Shown piece by piece: positions 29,132 to 38,528 of a stretch of DNA of 47,332 bases (the stretch's first letter is position 1; each line of letters opens with the position of its first letter). Under the pieces are notes generated by a model. It was given only the letters and a program-made list of their open reading frames with translations, had not been told where the DNA came from and did not search any database. A program made the translations under genes and the position numbers. The stretch comes from Christensenellaceae bacterium (GTDB lineage: Bacteria; Bacillota; Clostridia; Christensenellales; Borkfalkiaceae), in assembly GCA_045632585.1 (NCBI GenBank), contig JAZQWW010000031.1:1-47332 (forward strand). Reading direction: 5' to 3'.

Positions 29132-29156
29132 ATAAAAAAATACAAAAGGTTAGTTT

Positions 29157-30839
29157 ATGGACTATAAAGCGTACATCTCAAACAAACTTAAAATTGAAGG
29201 ACTTGACAGTGGTTCTATTTGCGATTTTTTAGAAATGCCACCAAATAAAGAAATGGGCGATTTTGCTTTGCCTTGCTTTAAACTTTCTAAAATTATGCGC
29301 AAATCTCCTATCGTTATTGCTGAAGAACTTGCGTCTACTTTTCGCCTTGACGATATCATAATAGATTGTAAGGCGGAAAAGGGCTATCTTAATTTTAAAG
29401 TTAACAGATTAGACCTTGCAAACAAAACTCTTTGCGAGATTTTAAGTAAGGGGGACGCTTACGGCAACGCCGAAATAGGAAACGGTAAGACTATATGTAT
29501 AGACTACTCGTCTATAAACATTGCAAAGCCTTTTCATATAGGACATTTAAGCACCACTGTTATCGGTAGCGCACTTTGTAAAATATTTAGATTTTTAGGT
29601 TATAAGGTAGTAGGAATAAATCACCTTGGTGATTACGGAACGCAGTTTGGTAAACTTATAGTTGCGTATAAAAAGTGGAGTAGTAGGGAACAAGTTGAAA
29701 TGGATAGGCTTAAAGAACTTTCTAGAATCTACGTTAAATTCCACGACGAAGCAAAATTAGACCCGTCTCTTGACGATTTAGCAAGAAAATATTTCAAACT
29801 TATTGAAGATGGGGATAAAGAAAGCAACGAACTTTTCGAATTCTTCAAAAAAATCACGCTTGAAGAAGTTGAAAAAATTTATCAACTTCTTAACGTGACT
29901 TTTGATTCCTACGCGGGCGAAAGTTTTTATAACGACAAAATGTCGCCTATCGTTAACGAACTTAATGAAAAGGGTTTAATTAAAAGTTCTGATGGTGCGT
30001 CGGTTGTTGACCTTGAAGAATATAATATGCCACCGTGTTTAATACTTAAGTCCGACGGCTCTACGCTTTACGCTACACGTGATATCGCTGCTGCAGTTTA
30101 TCGTAAAAATACCTATAATTTTGACAAGTGTTTATACGTGGTTGCATATCAACAAAACTTACATTTTAAGCAATTTTTTAAAGTTATTGAACTTATGGGT
30201 AAGGACTGGGCGAAAGATTTAGTTCACGTTGCGTACGGTATGGTATCGCTTGAGTCCGGCTCAATGAGTACACGTGCTGGAAACGTAGTACTTCTTGAAG
30301 ACGTTTTGAATAAGACGATAGAAAAAGCATACGGTGTAATCGAACAAAAAAATCCTAACCTAAAGGATAAAGAACAAACTGCAAAGGCAGTAGGCACGGG
30401 TGCAGTTATATTTAGTGCACTATGCAATAATAAAATTAAAGATATCGTATTTTCTTACGATAGAATTTTATCGTTTGAAGGCGAAACTTGTCCTTACTTA
30501 CAATATACCGTTGCAAGGTGTAATAGCGTTATTAAAAAGGCAGGCGAACTTGGTAATTATATGGTAAAAGATATTGCCGAAGAAGAATACGATTTACTTT
30601 CTTGTCTTGCCGAATTTGGCGCTCAAGTAAAAACTGCCGGTGAAAAGTACGAGCCTTCAATAGTGACTAGATACGCTTTAGATTTAGCGTCTAAATTCAA
30701 TAAATTTTATATCGCTTGCAAGATTGCTTGTGACGACGAAAATACTAAGAATTTCCGCTTAGCAATAACCAAAGCCGTTAAAATTACACTTACTAACGCT
30801 CTTAGCCTTTTGGGTATAGAAACTGTCGAGGAAATGTAA
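29157..30839 (+). CDS. argS: Arginine--tRNA ligase
   Basis: Class I HIGH motif (PFHIGHLSTT), MSTRAG (KMSK-equivalent), C-terminal DALR anticodon-binding region. 560 aa. Confidence 0.94.
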   Translation: MDYKAYISNKLKIEGLDSGSICDFLEMPPNKEMGDFALPCFKLSKIMRKSPIVIAEELASTFRLDDIIIDCKAEKGYLNFKVNRLDLANKTLCEILSKGDAYGNAEIGNGKTICIDYSSINIAKPFHIGHLSTTVIGSALCKIFRFLGYKVVGINHLGDYGTQFGKLIVAYKKWSSREQVEMDRLKELSRIYVKFHDEAKLDPSLDDLARKYFKLIEDGDKESNELFEFFKKITLEEVEKIYQLLNVTFDSYAGESFYNDKMSPIVNELNEKGLIKSSDGASVVDLEEYNMPPCLILKSDGSTLYATRDIAAAVYRKNTYNFDKCLYVVAYQQNLHFKQFFKVIELMGKDWAKDLVHVAYGMVSLESGSMSTRAGNVVLLEDVLNKTIEKAYGVIEQKNPNLKDKEQTAKAVGTGAVIFSALCNNKIKDIVFSYDRILSFEGETCPYLQYTVARCNSVIKKAGELGNYMVKDIAEEEYDLLSCLAEFGAQVKTAGEKYEPSIVTRYALDLASKFNKFYIACKIACDDENTKNFRLAITKAVKITLTNALSLLGIETVEEM

Positions 30840-31486
30840 TGAATAAAGCCGTTATTTTTGACCTTGACGGAACGATTTTAGATTCGGCGCCCGATATTTT
30901 ATATAATCTTAACCTTATGCTTGATGAGTTTGGGCATAAACGAATTAATTTACAAAGGGTTTACGACACTATTGGTCACGGCGCTAGAAATTTAGTTAAG
31001 GGTGCTATAGACGAAGCATTATCTGAAGAAGAAATCGACGCTAGACTTTTTTTCTATAATCAAAAGTATACTAGTAGTGGCAGTCCTTATACCAAACTGT
31101 TTGATGGTATTGACGAACTACTAAAATCACTTAAATTACAAAAATTTAAACTGGCAATTCTTACCAATAAACCACAAGAAACGACTGACAATATTTATCA
31201 AAAATATCTTAAAAATTATCAATTTGATATGGTTATAGGTCAAAGGAAAGATTTGCCTATCAAACCTAATCCAACTTCAACTTTTCAAATTTTACAATCT
31301 TTAGAAGTTTCCAAAGAAAACGCTTTCTTTATAGGAGATATGGAAACTGATTTACTTACGGGACTTAACGCCGAAATCACGCCCATTATCGCAAACTGGG
31401 GCTACGGCAAAAAAGAAAAACTTTTATCGCTTGGTGCAAAATATTTTGCTGAAATCCCAAGTGAAGTCCTATCGTTTTTAAAATAA
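30839..31486 (+). CDS. HAD-IA family hydrolase (phosphoglycolate phosphatase-like)
   Basis: AVIFDLDGTILDS (DxDGT), LAILTNK, FIGDMETD motifs. TAATG overlap with argS. Confidence 0.85.
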   Translation: MNKAVIFDLDGTILDSAPDILYNLNLMLDEFGHKRINLQRVYDTIGHGARNLVKGAIDEALSEEEIDARLFFYNQKYTSSGSPYTKLFDGIDELLKSLKLQKFKLAILTNKPQETTDNIYQKYLKNYQFDMVIGQRKDLPIKPNPTSTFQILQSLEVSKENAFFIGDMETDLLTGLNAEITPIIANWGYGKKEKLLSLGAKYFAEIPSEVLSFLK

Positions 31487-31524
31487 TTCCAAAAAAAATC
31501 AAAAATTTAATAAAGGGGACGAAA

Positions 31525-32733
31525 TTGCAAAAAGTTTATAAGGTAGCAATAATCGGTGGTGGAGCAAGCGGTTTAATTTCAGCCGTTGAACTTTGCACCC
31601 AAAAAAATTGTCTTTTAGGTGAGGACGTTGCTATTTTCGAGCGGACTGATAGGGTTGGTAAAAAACTTGTTGCCACCGGAAACGGGCAAGGCAATTTATC
31701 TAATGCTGAAATTCAAGAAAGTAATTATTACGGCGATAAAGATTTTATAAAATCTTTTGTTAATAAGAGCAAAAACATTGATATTTTAGAGTATTTTTCT
31801 AACCTTGGTATTCCACTAACAACCGAAAAAAACGGCAAGCAATATCCTATGTCGAAGCAAGCAAGCGCCGTTTTAGATATTCTTCGCAGTATTTTATATT
31901 GTAAAGGCGTAAATATTTACACTAATAGTTTTGTGGTTGACATAAAATTCCATTCTTCATACTATAATATAACGTGTGAAAACGGACAAACCTATAAAGC
32001 CGAAAAAGTAATTCTTGCTTTCGGTGGGAAAAGTGCTAAACAATTCGGTACGGACGGAAGTTCTTACTGTTTAGCCGAAAAATTTGGACATAAACTTACT
32101 AAACTTTATCCGTCGCTTGTTCAACTTAAAACCGATTTAACGGCAATAAAAGGATTGAAGGGCATCAAGGAAAAAGCGCAAATTAGTGCGTTTGACGGCA
32201 ATAAGTTCCTTAAAAGTTCGTATGGTGACGTTTTGTTTACCGAGTACGGTATTTCGGGTGACGCAGTATTTAATATTTCTTCAGTTTTGGTTGATAAATT
32301 AAATCCCTCGGTAGTTCTAGAGTTTTTGCCTACCGTTAGTAGTGACGAAATAATTTCAATTTTAATTAAAAGAAAGCGTTCAGGATTTTATTCACCTGAT
32401 AAAATTTTAGACGGAATAGTAAATAAAAAGGTGGGTTCTGCCATACTTAAAATCGCAAATAGCGACAGTCCTTCGAAAATTACCGACGTGCTTAAAAATT
32501 TTAGACTAAAAGTGACAGGTAATCTCGGATACAATTACTCACAAGTGACAAAAGGCGGGATTTTTACAGAACACGTTAACCCAGAAACTTTTGAGAGTAA
32601 TCTTAAAAAGGGCGTATATCTAGTCGGCGAACTTCTAAACGTTGACGGGGATTGCGGTGGATATAACCTTAACTTTGCTTTTATTTCGGGAATAATCGCA
32701 AGTAGAAGCATTAAATCTAACACCAAAGAATAA
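31525..32733 (+). CDS. HI0933/YhiN-family FAD-binding flavoprotein
   Basis: VAIIGGGASGL Rossmann N-terminus, GKKLVATGNGQGNLSN, C-terminal GELLNVDGDCGGYNL typical of the family. TTG start 5 nt after AAAGGGGA. Confidence 0.8.
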   Translation: MQKVYKVAIIGGGASGLISAVELCTQKNCLLGEDVAIFERTDRVGKKLVATGNGQGNLSNAEIQESNYYGDKDFIKSFVNKSKNIDILEYFSNLGIPLTTEKNGKQYPMSKQASAVLDILRSILYCKGVNIYTNSFVVDIKFHSSYYNITCENGQTYKAEKVILAFGGKSAKQFGTDGSSYCLAEKFGHKLTKLYPSLVQLKTDLTAIKGLKGIKEKAQISAFDGNKFLKSSYGDVLFTEYGISGDAVFNISSVLVDKLNPSVVLEFLPTVSSDEIISILIKRKRSGFYSPDKILDGIVNKKVGSAILKIANSDSPSKITDVLKNFRLKVTGNLGYNYSQVTKGGIFTEHVNPETFESNLKKGVYLVGELLNVDGDCGGYNLNFAFISGIIASRSIKSNTKE

Positions 32734-32743
32734 TAGGAGAAAA

Positions 32744-34171
32744 ATGATGGAATTTAGAAAATTTACTGAAAGGGAACTTCTTAAAATGAATATTTATCTT
32801 TTAAGAGCCATTGGTAGAGAAATAGGCGTAAAAGCACCTGCTTCAAAGAAAAAAGAAGAGTTGGTTAGGGATATTTTGTTAATCCAAGAAGGAAAACTTC
32901 AACCTGAACCAAAGCCTAAAAAGGGTGCGCCACCAAAAATGGATAAAGAACTTCTTAAACCCTATTTAATTGCTGAAACGGCTGTAGGTGATTATACCAC
33001 GATAGAAGATGTTGACAGAAAACTCGTTTTTAATGATAGCGAAATAAAGGACGAATTCGTTTCGGAAGGCGTATTAGAACTTCATCAAATGGGCTTTGGA
33101 TTTTTACGTGCAAACAACTATGAAAACTCAAGGGAAAACGACGTTTACGTTTCAATACAAAATATTCGAAAGTACAATCTAAGAGTTGGCGATAAGGTAA
33201 AGGCGAAGGCAAAAATAACTAGAGATGGAGATTCTGCAGCGCTTCAAGAAGTTTTAAGTATCAACGATTTAAGTCCTGAACTTTTCTTTGATAGAAAAAA
33301 GTTTGAAGATTTAGTGCCTTACTATCCAACTGATAGAATTCGTCTTGAAACTGAAAACGCAAACGATTATTCAATGCGTTTTATCGACCTTTTTGCGCCA
33401 CTCGGTATGGGACAAAGGGGACTTATAGTTGCTCCACCTAAAACGGGAAAAACCACACTACTTAAAAAGATTGCAAATTCTATTGAAACCAACCACAAGG
33501 ACGTTAAACTAATAGTACTTTTAATAGATGAACGTCCTGAAGAAGTGACCGATATTCAACGTAGCGTAAAAGGCGAGGTAGTATTTTCTACGTTTGACGA
33601 AAGTCCAGAGCATCACATTAAGGTTGCTGAATTAGTTATAAACAGGGCAAAAAGACTTGTTGAAGTAGGTCAAAACGTGGTAATTTTAATGGACTCTATA
33701 ACTAGACTTTCAAGGGCGTATAATAGCGTGATAGAGTCATCTGGAAGAACGCTGTCAGGTGGTCTTGACCCAATCGCGCTAAATGGACCTAAACGCTTTT
33801 TTGGTTCTGCAAGAAACATAGAAAACGGTGGAAGTTTAACCATACTTTCAACTGCGCTTATTGAAACGGGAAGTCGTATGGACGACGTTATATTTGAAGA
33901 ATTTAAAGGTACTGGCAACATGGAAATACATCTTTCAAAAGAACTTTCTGAAAAGAGAATTTTCCCGTCAATCGACCTTAAAAAATCGGGAACTAGAAAG
34001 GAAGAATTGCTTTTAAGTGAAAACGAATTAGACTGCGCTTATAAAATCCGTAAGTTCTTATCTGAACGAAACGATGCTACCGATACGCTAATTGAAATGC
34101 TTAAAAAGAGTAAGAATAACCTTGAACTTAGTGCAAAACTTGACGTTTGGCTAAAACTTTATCAAAACTAA
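32744..34171 (+). CDS. rho: Transcription termination factor Rho
   Basis: GFGFLR, RVGD (OB/CSD), Walker A APPKTGKT, LLIDERPEEV, SITRLSRAYN, GGSLT. ATG 32747 is spaced slightly better from AGGAG than 32744. Confidence 0.96.
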   Translation: MMEFRKFTERELLKMNIYLLRAIGREIGVKAPASKKKEELVRDILLIQEGKLQPEPKPKKGAPPKMDKELLKPYLIAETAVGDYTTIEDVDRKLVFNDSEIKDEFVSEGVLELHQMGFGFLRANNYENSRENDVYVSIQNIRKYNLRVGDKVKAKAKITRDGDSAALQEVLSINDLSPELFFDRKKFEDLVPYYPTDRIRLETENANDYSMRFIDLFAPLGMGQRGLIVAPPKTGKTTLLKKIANSIETNHKDVKLIVLLIDERPEEVTDIQRSVKGEVVFSTFDESPEHHIKVAELVINRAKRLVEVGQNVVILMDSITRLSRAYNSVIESSGRTLSGGLDPIALNGPKRFFGSARNIENGGSLTILSTALIETGSRMDDVIFEEFKGTGNMEIHLSKELSEKRIFPSIDLKKSGTRKEELLLSENELDCAYKIRKFLSERNDATDTLIEMLKKSKNNLELSAKLDVWLKLYQN

Positions 34172-34173
34172 AA

Positions 34174-35088
34174 ATGAAATCGGTAAGAAATAAAACTATA
34201 GATTTTTCGGAAGAAAAAGCCCAAGAATATATAAACAAATGCGTTAAGGACGTAGATTTTTCTAATCAAATAAACGTGACCGTTTTAGGTGACGCCTTTA
34301 TGGCACTTAAAAATATGCCTAATAAAAGCGTTGATTTACTTATTGTTGACCCACCGTATAATTTAGACAAAAATTTTCACGGCAACAAGTTTAAAAAAAC
34401 CGACGACGAAAACTATTCTTCATATACGGAAAAATGGGTGCTTGCCGTAAAAGAAAAACTTAAGGATACCGCTAGCGTTTACGTTTGTTGCGACTGGAAA
34501 AGCGCAATATCTATCGCACCAGTTTTAGAAAAACATTTTATTTTAAGAAATCGTATTACTTGGCAAAGAGAAAAGGGTAGAGGCGCAAAAAAGAATTGGA
34601 AAAATTCGCTTGAAGATATTTTCTTTTTAACGGTAAGCGAAAAATATACTTTTAATCTTGACAAGGTAAAACAAAGAAAGAAAGTAATTGCGCCTTATAA
34701 AGAAAACGGCACGCCTAAAGACTGGACGCAAACCGAAATGGGCAAATTTAGAGATACTTGTCCTTCTAATTTTTGGGATGATATATCAGTTCCGTACTGG
34801 TCAATGCCAGAAAACACGGCGCATCCAACCCAAAAGCCTGAAAAACTTATTGCAAAGTTAATTCTAGCCAGTTCAAATGAAAACGATTTAGTTCTAGATA
34901 TTTTTGCAGGCAGTGGGACTACCGGAGTAGTAGCAAAAAAATTAGGTAGAAATTTTATAAATCTTGAACAAAATTCACTCTATTGTGCTTGGGGCGAATA
35001 TAGACTTAATTTAGCACAAGACAACAAAAGTATTCAGGGCTATGAAGACGGAGTTTTTTGGGAAAGAAACTCGCGCCCTAATAAATAA
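34174..35088 (+). CDS. Beta-class (N6-adenine/N4-cytosine) DNA methyltransferase, orphan
   Basis: Motif IV VDPPYNL is N-terminal; motif I FAGSGTTG preceded by HPTQKPEKL is C-terminal, i.e. beta permutation. DPPY favours m6A. ATG 34174 is 2 nt after the rho stop; TTG 34147 is an alternative start. Confidence 0.85.
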   Translation: MKSVRNKTIDFSEEKAQEYINKCVKDVDFSNQINVTVLGDAFMALKNMPNKSVDLLIVDPPYNLDKNFHGNKFKKTDDENYSSYTEKWVLAVKEKLKDTASVYVCCDWKSAISIAPVLEKHFILRNRITWQREKGRGAKKNWKNSLEDIFFLTVSEKYTFNLDKVKQRKKVIAPYKENGTPKDWTQTEMGKFRDTCPSNFWDDISVPYWSMPENTAHPTQKPEKLIAKLILASSNENDLVLDIFAGSGTTGVVAKKLGRNFINLEQNSLYCAWGEYRLNLAQDNKSIQGYEDGVFWERNSRPNK

Positions 35089-35089
35089 T

Positions 35090-37366
35090 TTAAGCGTATT
35101 TATCAAAAATTCTTACGGCAAGGGCAGTCATATCGTCATTTTTCTTTTCGCCGTCAAGTTTAAGTGCGTAAGACAATATATCGTCAGCAAGTGCCTGTGG
35201 ATTTTTCGCAGGCACTTTTCTTAAGTAATCGATAATTTCCGATGAAGACTTAAATGCGTCTGCAATTCCGTCCGTAATTAAAAGCACCATATCTCCACTT
35301 TCAAGAACTGTTGAACATACCGAAGGTTTAAGGTCTTCTAATATGCCAAGTGGAAGAGTGCTTGCTTCGATAATTTTAACGCCCGTGTCGTTAATGATAA
35401 AACCGTATGGCGCTCCATATTTAATAAAGTCGGCTTTTCTAGTATTTAAGTCTATTACGGAAACGTCAAGTGCCGTGAAACTTTCGTCAACGTTTACGGA
35501 TAAAAGTTTATTTACGGTGTTTAATATTAGTCCACTATCCATACCTGCTTTATAAAAACTTTCAATTAAAGATAAAGAAACCGAAGACACGTTTTGTGCG
35601 TTTTCTCCACTGCCCATTCCGTCGGATAGCGCAACCAAAAACTTTCCTTCGTTAATTTTAGTGACCGAATGCGTGTCACCACTTACGATAGACCCGTCTT
35701 TGACGGCTTTTGCTATCCCGAACACGGCGTCACAAGGTGCGTCTGCTCTAAACGACATATAACATTTATCAGTCGTGATGCTGTTTTTATCGGCAAGTTG
35801 CATTTTAATCGACGTGACTTTTTCTATTACTTCAATAAGTTTATTAAGCGCAAATTCCTTCATTGAAATAATCATAGATATAGTAGTGTTTTCGTTTGAG
35901 CCGTAGATTAGAAGTTCGCTTACTATAAAACCGTTTTTAAATAGTTCTAAAGTGAGTGTTTTTTCTAAAGTGCTTTGGTATTTTAGTTGAGTTCCTGTTT
36001 CTAGGGCAAGTTCTTTTAATATTTCGGCTATTCCACTAGTTTCCGACGCTATTAAATCTCTACCAGAAGATAAACTTGTAGCATTTTCTATATAATTTCT
36101 ATAAGTTGTAAGCATTTTATTAAGCCCAAAAATTATATCAGAACTTCTCGTGCATCTATCAGCAAGTGAAACGGGTAAATCTATAAGCGAAAGTTTACCT
36201 TTAGCAACGCCTATATCTATCATTTTTAAAATATCTAACTTAGTTTCTTTTTCGAATTTTTTGCATTTTAAGTAATTGTTGCAGTGAGCGCAAATTTCCC
36301 CTTTAACTTGCTCTAGCATGCTATTTTTTGCTTTAGTTTCATCAAGTTGTGTTTTCTTAAATACAGTAAATGCCGACGACATTTCGCTAAACACACCCGA
36401 AATTTCGTATAGTTTATTTGAAAGCATTAGTCTATTTCGATTTATCGTTTGTTTAACGATATTTTTTTCTCTAAATACGTTTAATTTGTTTTTAATTTTA
36501 TCAAGTGGTGGGGTGGGGATAATGGCAAATAATAGCGCACCTATAAGCGTTGGTAAAAACTGTGAAAGGATATACGGCGAAACTTTAAAAAAAGAAAATA
36601 TAAAAAAGTCTATCGCAATTATAACGACTGATGATAAATGTCTAGAAAATCGCATGCAAACGTCTGCTGATATTCCCCATAAAAGACCGATTGATAGGTA
36701 TTCAATATTAGAGTAGAAAACGGCAAGCGAACACGATAATATGCAAGAAATAAAAGTTCCGTAAGGTATAGAATAAAAGTAGCAAATTAAAAGTGTTAAA
36801 AAGACAACGACACCTTTCCACATAAGTGGAGATATAAAATTACATAAACCAAGACCAACAACGATTACAATGGCCACAATTGACACCGTTTCTTCAAAAT
36901 TATATTTATATTTTAACCCTTTTTTATCTAAAGCATAAAATGCTACGGCTGTTAAAAGCGTTAAAAAGGAACTTATAATACAGACGAAAATTCTTTTGTC
37001 GTATGTAATAAAAGTTTTTGCGTCGCCTAAAATCACGAAAGGTATCATAGAAATTAAAACGAAAACAGGTAAAACGAATTTTATTTTAACGGGTTCTTTT
37101 CTGTGGAAAAATTTCATAACGATTAAAATTAACACGGAAATTAGCGTAGGTGAAATTTGAGTTTTTCCCCCACAAAATAAAAGTGCAATAAAGAATAATA
37201 TACTAGTGGATAGTAATGAGAAGTTTTCGAACAATGCGGTTGTGAAAATTGATATCGAATATGGATAAAAATTCTGCTCTAGACTATTTAATATTAAAAA
37301 AAGTAAAAAGATTGTGCCGTACTTAATAACGCTTAAAAAATCAAAAAGATTACGAATTTTTTTCAT
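35090..37366 (-). CDS. spoIIE: Stage II sporulation protein E (membrane PP2C phosphatase)
   Basis: ~10 N-terminal TM segments, central regulatory region, C-terminal PP2C (VALSDGMGSG ... LITDGI ... DDMT). ATG at 37366 follows GGAGG. The listed 37438 start adds an implausible 24 aa. Confidence 0.92.
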   Translation of the reverse strand: MKKIRNLFDFLSVIKYGTIFLLFLILNSLEQNFYPYSISIFTTALFENFSLLSTSILFFIALLFCGGKTQISPTLISVLILIVMKFFHRKEPVKIKFVLPVFVLISMIPFVILGDAKTFITYDKRIFVCIISSFLTLLTAVAFYALDKKGLKYKYNFEETVSIVAIVIVVGLGLCNFISPLMWKGVVVFLTLLICYFYSIPYGTFISCILSCSLAVFYSNIEYLSIGLLWGISADVCMRFSRHLSSVVIIAIDFFIFSFFKVSPYILSQFLPTLIGALLFAIIPTPPLDKIKNKLNVFREKNIVKQTINRNRLMLSNKLYEISGVFSEMSSAFTVFKKTQLDETKAKNSMLEQVKGEICAHCNNYLKCKKFEKETKLDILKMIDIGVAKGKLSLIDLPVSLADRCTRSSDIIFGLNKMLTTYRNYIENATSLSSGRDLIASETSGIAEILKELALETGTQLKYQSTLEKTLTLELFKNGFIVSELLIYGSNENTTISMIISMKEFALNKLIEVIEKVTSIKMQLADKNSITTDKCYMSFRADAPCDAVFGIAKAVKDGSIVSGDTHSVTKINEGKFLVALSDGMGSGENAQNVSSVSLSLIESFYKAGMDSGLILNTVNKLLSVNVDESFTALDVSVIDLNTRKADFIKYGAPYGFIINDTGVKIIEASTLPLGILEDLKPSVCSTVLESGDMVLLITDGIADAFKSSSEIIDYLRKVPAKNPQALADDILSYALKLDGEKKNDDMTALAVRIFDKYA
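35190..35222 (+). terminator. Candidate terminator for the rho-methyltransferase transcript, embedded antisense in the spoIIE coding region
   Basis: AGTGCCTG / CAGGCACT 8-bp stem, ~9-11-nt loop, then TTTTCTT. Lies ~100 nt past the methyltransferase stop. Confidence 0.4.
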
Positions 37367-37385
37367 AATTCCTCCAGTGCGTTCG

Positions 37386-37419
37386 ATTATATACGGAAAA
37401 TGCCTAAAGAAAATGTAAA
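37386..37419 (-). promoter_or_regulatory. Candidate spoIIE promoter with an over-long spacer
   Basis: Minus strand reads TTTACA, 22 nt, TATAAT, then ~13 nt to GGAGG. A second TTTACA lies 10 bp further upstream. Confidence 0.35.
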
Positions 37420-37495
37420 TAAATGTAAAAATACGCATAATTTTGCAGTTAAGTTTAGGTAATGGAAGATATAATTAAAACTTTTATTAAATGGA

Positions 37496-37524
37496 TTGAA
37501 AATAAAGAGCAAAAGTAGTAAAAT
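37496..37524 (+). promoter_or_regulatory. Sigma-A-type promoter of ddh
   Basis: TTGAAA, 17 nt, TAAAAT. Confidence 0.45.
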
Positions 37525-37545
37525 AGAAAAAAGGTGGTGCTAAAT

Positions 37546-38520
37546 ATGATAAACGTAGCAATAGTAGGATATGGTAATTTAGGTAAAGGCGTAAGCAAAG
37601 CAATTTACAAGTCAAAAGACGTAAACTGCGTGGGAATTTTTACACGACGTGCGCCTGAAAGTATAACGCCTGTTTTTAATGAAAAAGTTTATAAAATAGA
37701 TGAACTTAAAAATTTTAAGGGGCAAATAGACGTTCTTTTACTTTGTGGTGGAAGTGCAACCGACTTGCCACAAACCACTGCCGAATATTTGAAAGATTTT
37801 AACACGGTTGATTCGTTTGACAACCACGCTAAAATACCCGAATATTTTGAAAAACTTGATAAAGTCGCAAAAGAAAACGGAAAAGTTTGCGCAATAAGTA
37901 TAGGTTGGGACCCCGGTTTGTTTTCTATTTGCAGAGCGCTTTTCGGCGCAGTTTTACCAGACGGAAACGACTATACTTTTTGGGGGAAAGGCGTATCTCA
38001 AGGACATAGCGACGCTATAAGAAGAATTGAAGGCGTTAAAAACGCTATTCAATACACTATACCTAAAGAAAACGCTTTAACTAGCGTTAGAAATGGCGAA
38101 AATCCAACGCTTTCGGCTAGGGATAAACATTTAAGAGAATGTTTCGTCGTAGCAAAAGACGGCGCAGACAAGGAAAAAATCGAGCGTGAAATAAAATCTA
38201 TGCCAAACTATTTTGAGCCTTATGAAACTATCGTACATTTTATTTCGGAAGACGAATTAAAAGAAAAACACTCTAAACTTGCGCACGGTGGATTCGTTTT
38301 GCGTTCGGGAAAAACTAGTGATGAAAATTCGCAACTTATAGAATTTTCACTTAAACTTGATTCTAACCCAGAGTTTACTTCAAGCGTGCTTTTAGCGTAC
38401 GCTAGGGCAGTTGCTAGACTTGCTAAAGAAGGAAGGACGGGCGCAATGACGGTTTACGATATTCCACTTAAATACTTATCTTCAATGACTGAAGAAGAAA
38501 TGAGAAAAAATTTATTATAG
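37546..38520 (+). CDS. ddh: meso-diaminopimelate D-dehydrogenase
   Basis: VAIVGYGNLGKGV, GWDPGLFS, FWGKGVSQGHSDAIRRIEGV, closely resembles Corynebacterium Ddh along its length. ATG 37546 follows AAGGTGG. Confidence 0.92.
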   Translation: MINVAIVGYGNLGKGVSKAIYKSKDVNCVGIFTRRAPESITPVFNEKVYKIDELKNFKGQIDVLLLCGGSATDLPQTTAEYLKDFNTVDSFDNHAKIPEYFEKLDKVAKENGKVCAISIGWDPGLFSICRALFGAVLPDGNDYTFWGKGVSQGHSDAIRRIEGVKNAIQYTIPKENALTSVRNGENPTLSARDKHLRECFVVAKDGADKEKIEREIKSMPNYFEPYETIVHFISEDELKEKHSKLAHGGFVLRSGKTSDENSQLIEFSLKLDSNPEFTSSVLLAYARAVARLAKEGRTGAMTVYDIPLKYLSSMTEEEMRKNLL

Positions 38521-38528
38521 GATAGAAA

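Noticed and set aside
29021-29156. Possible T-box leader upstream of argS
   Set aside because: Only ~136 nt separate ychF and argS, and the promoter leaves a ~25-nt leader. That is too short for a T-box, and no specifier or T-box sequence is seen.
37377-37390. Spo0A 0A-box-like TTCGATT next to the spoIIE -10, and TTCGACC in the serC promoter spacer (about 12436-12442)
   Set aside because: They match only 5-6 of 7 positions, occur as single copies, and are oddly placed. That is not distinguishable from chance.
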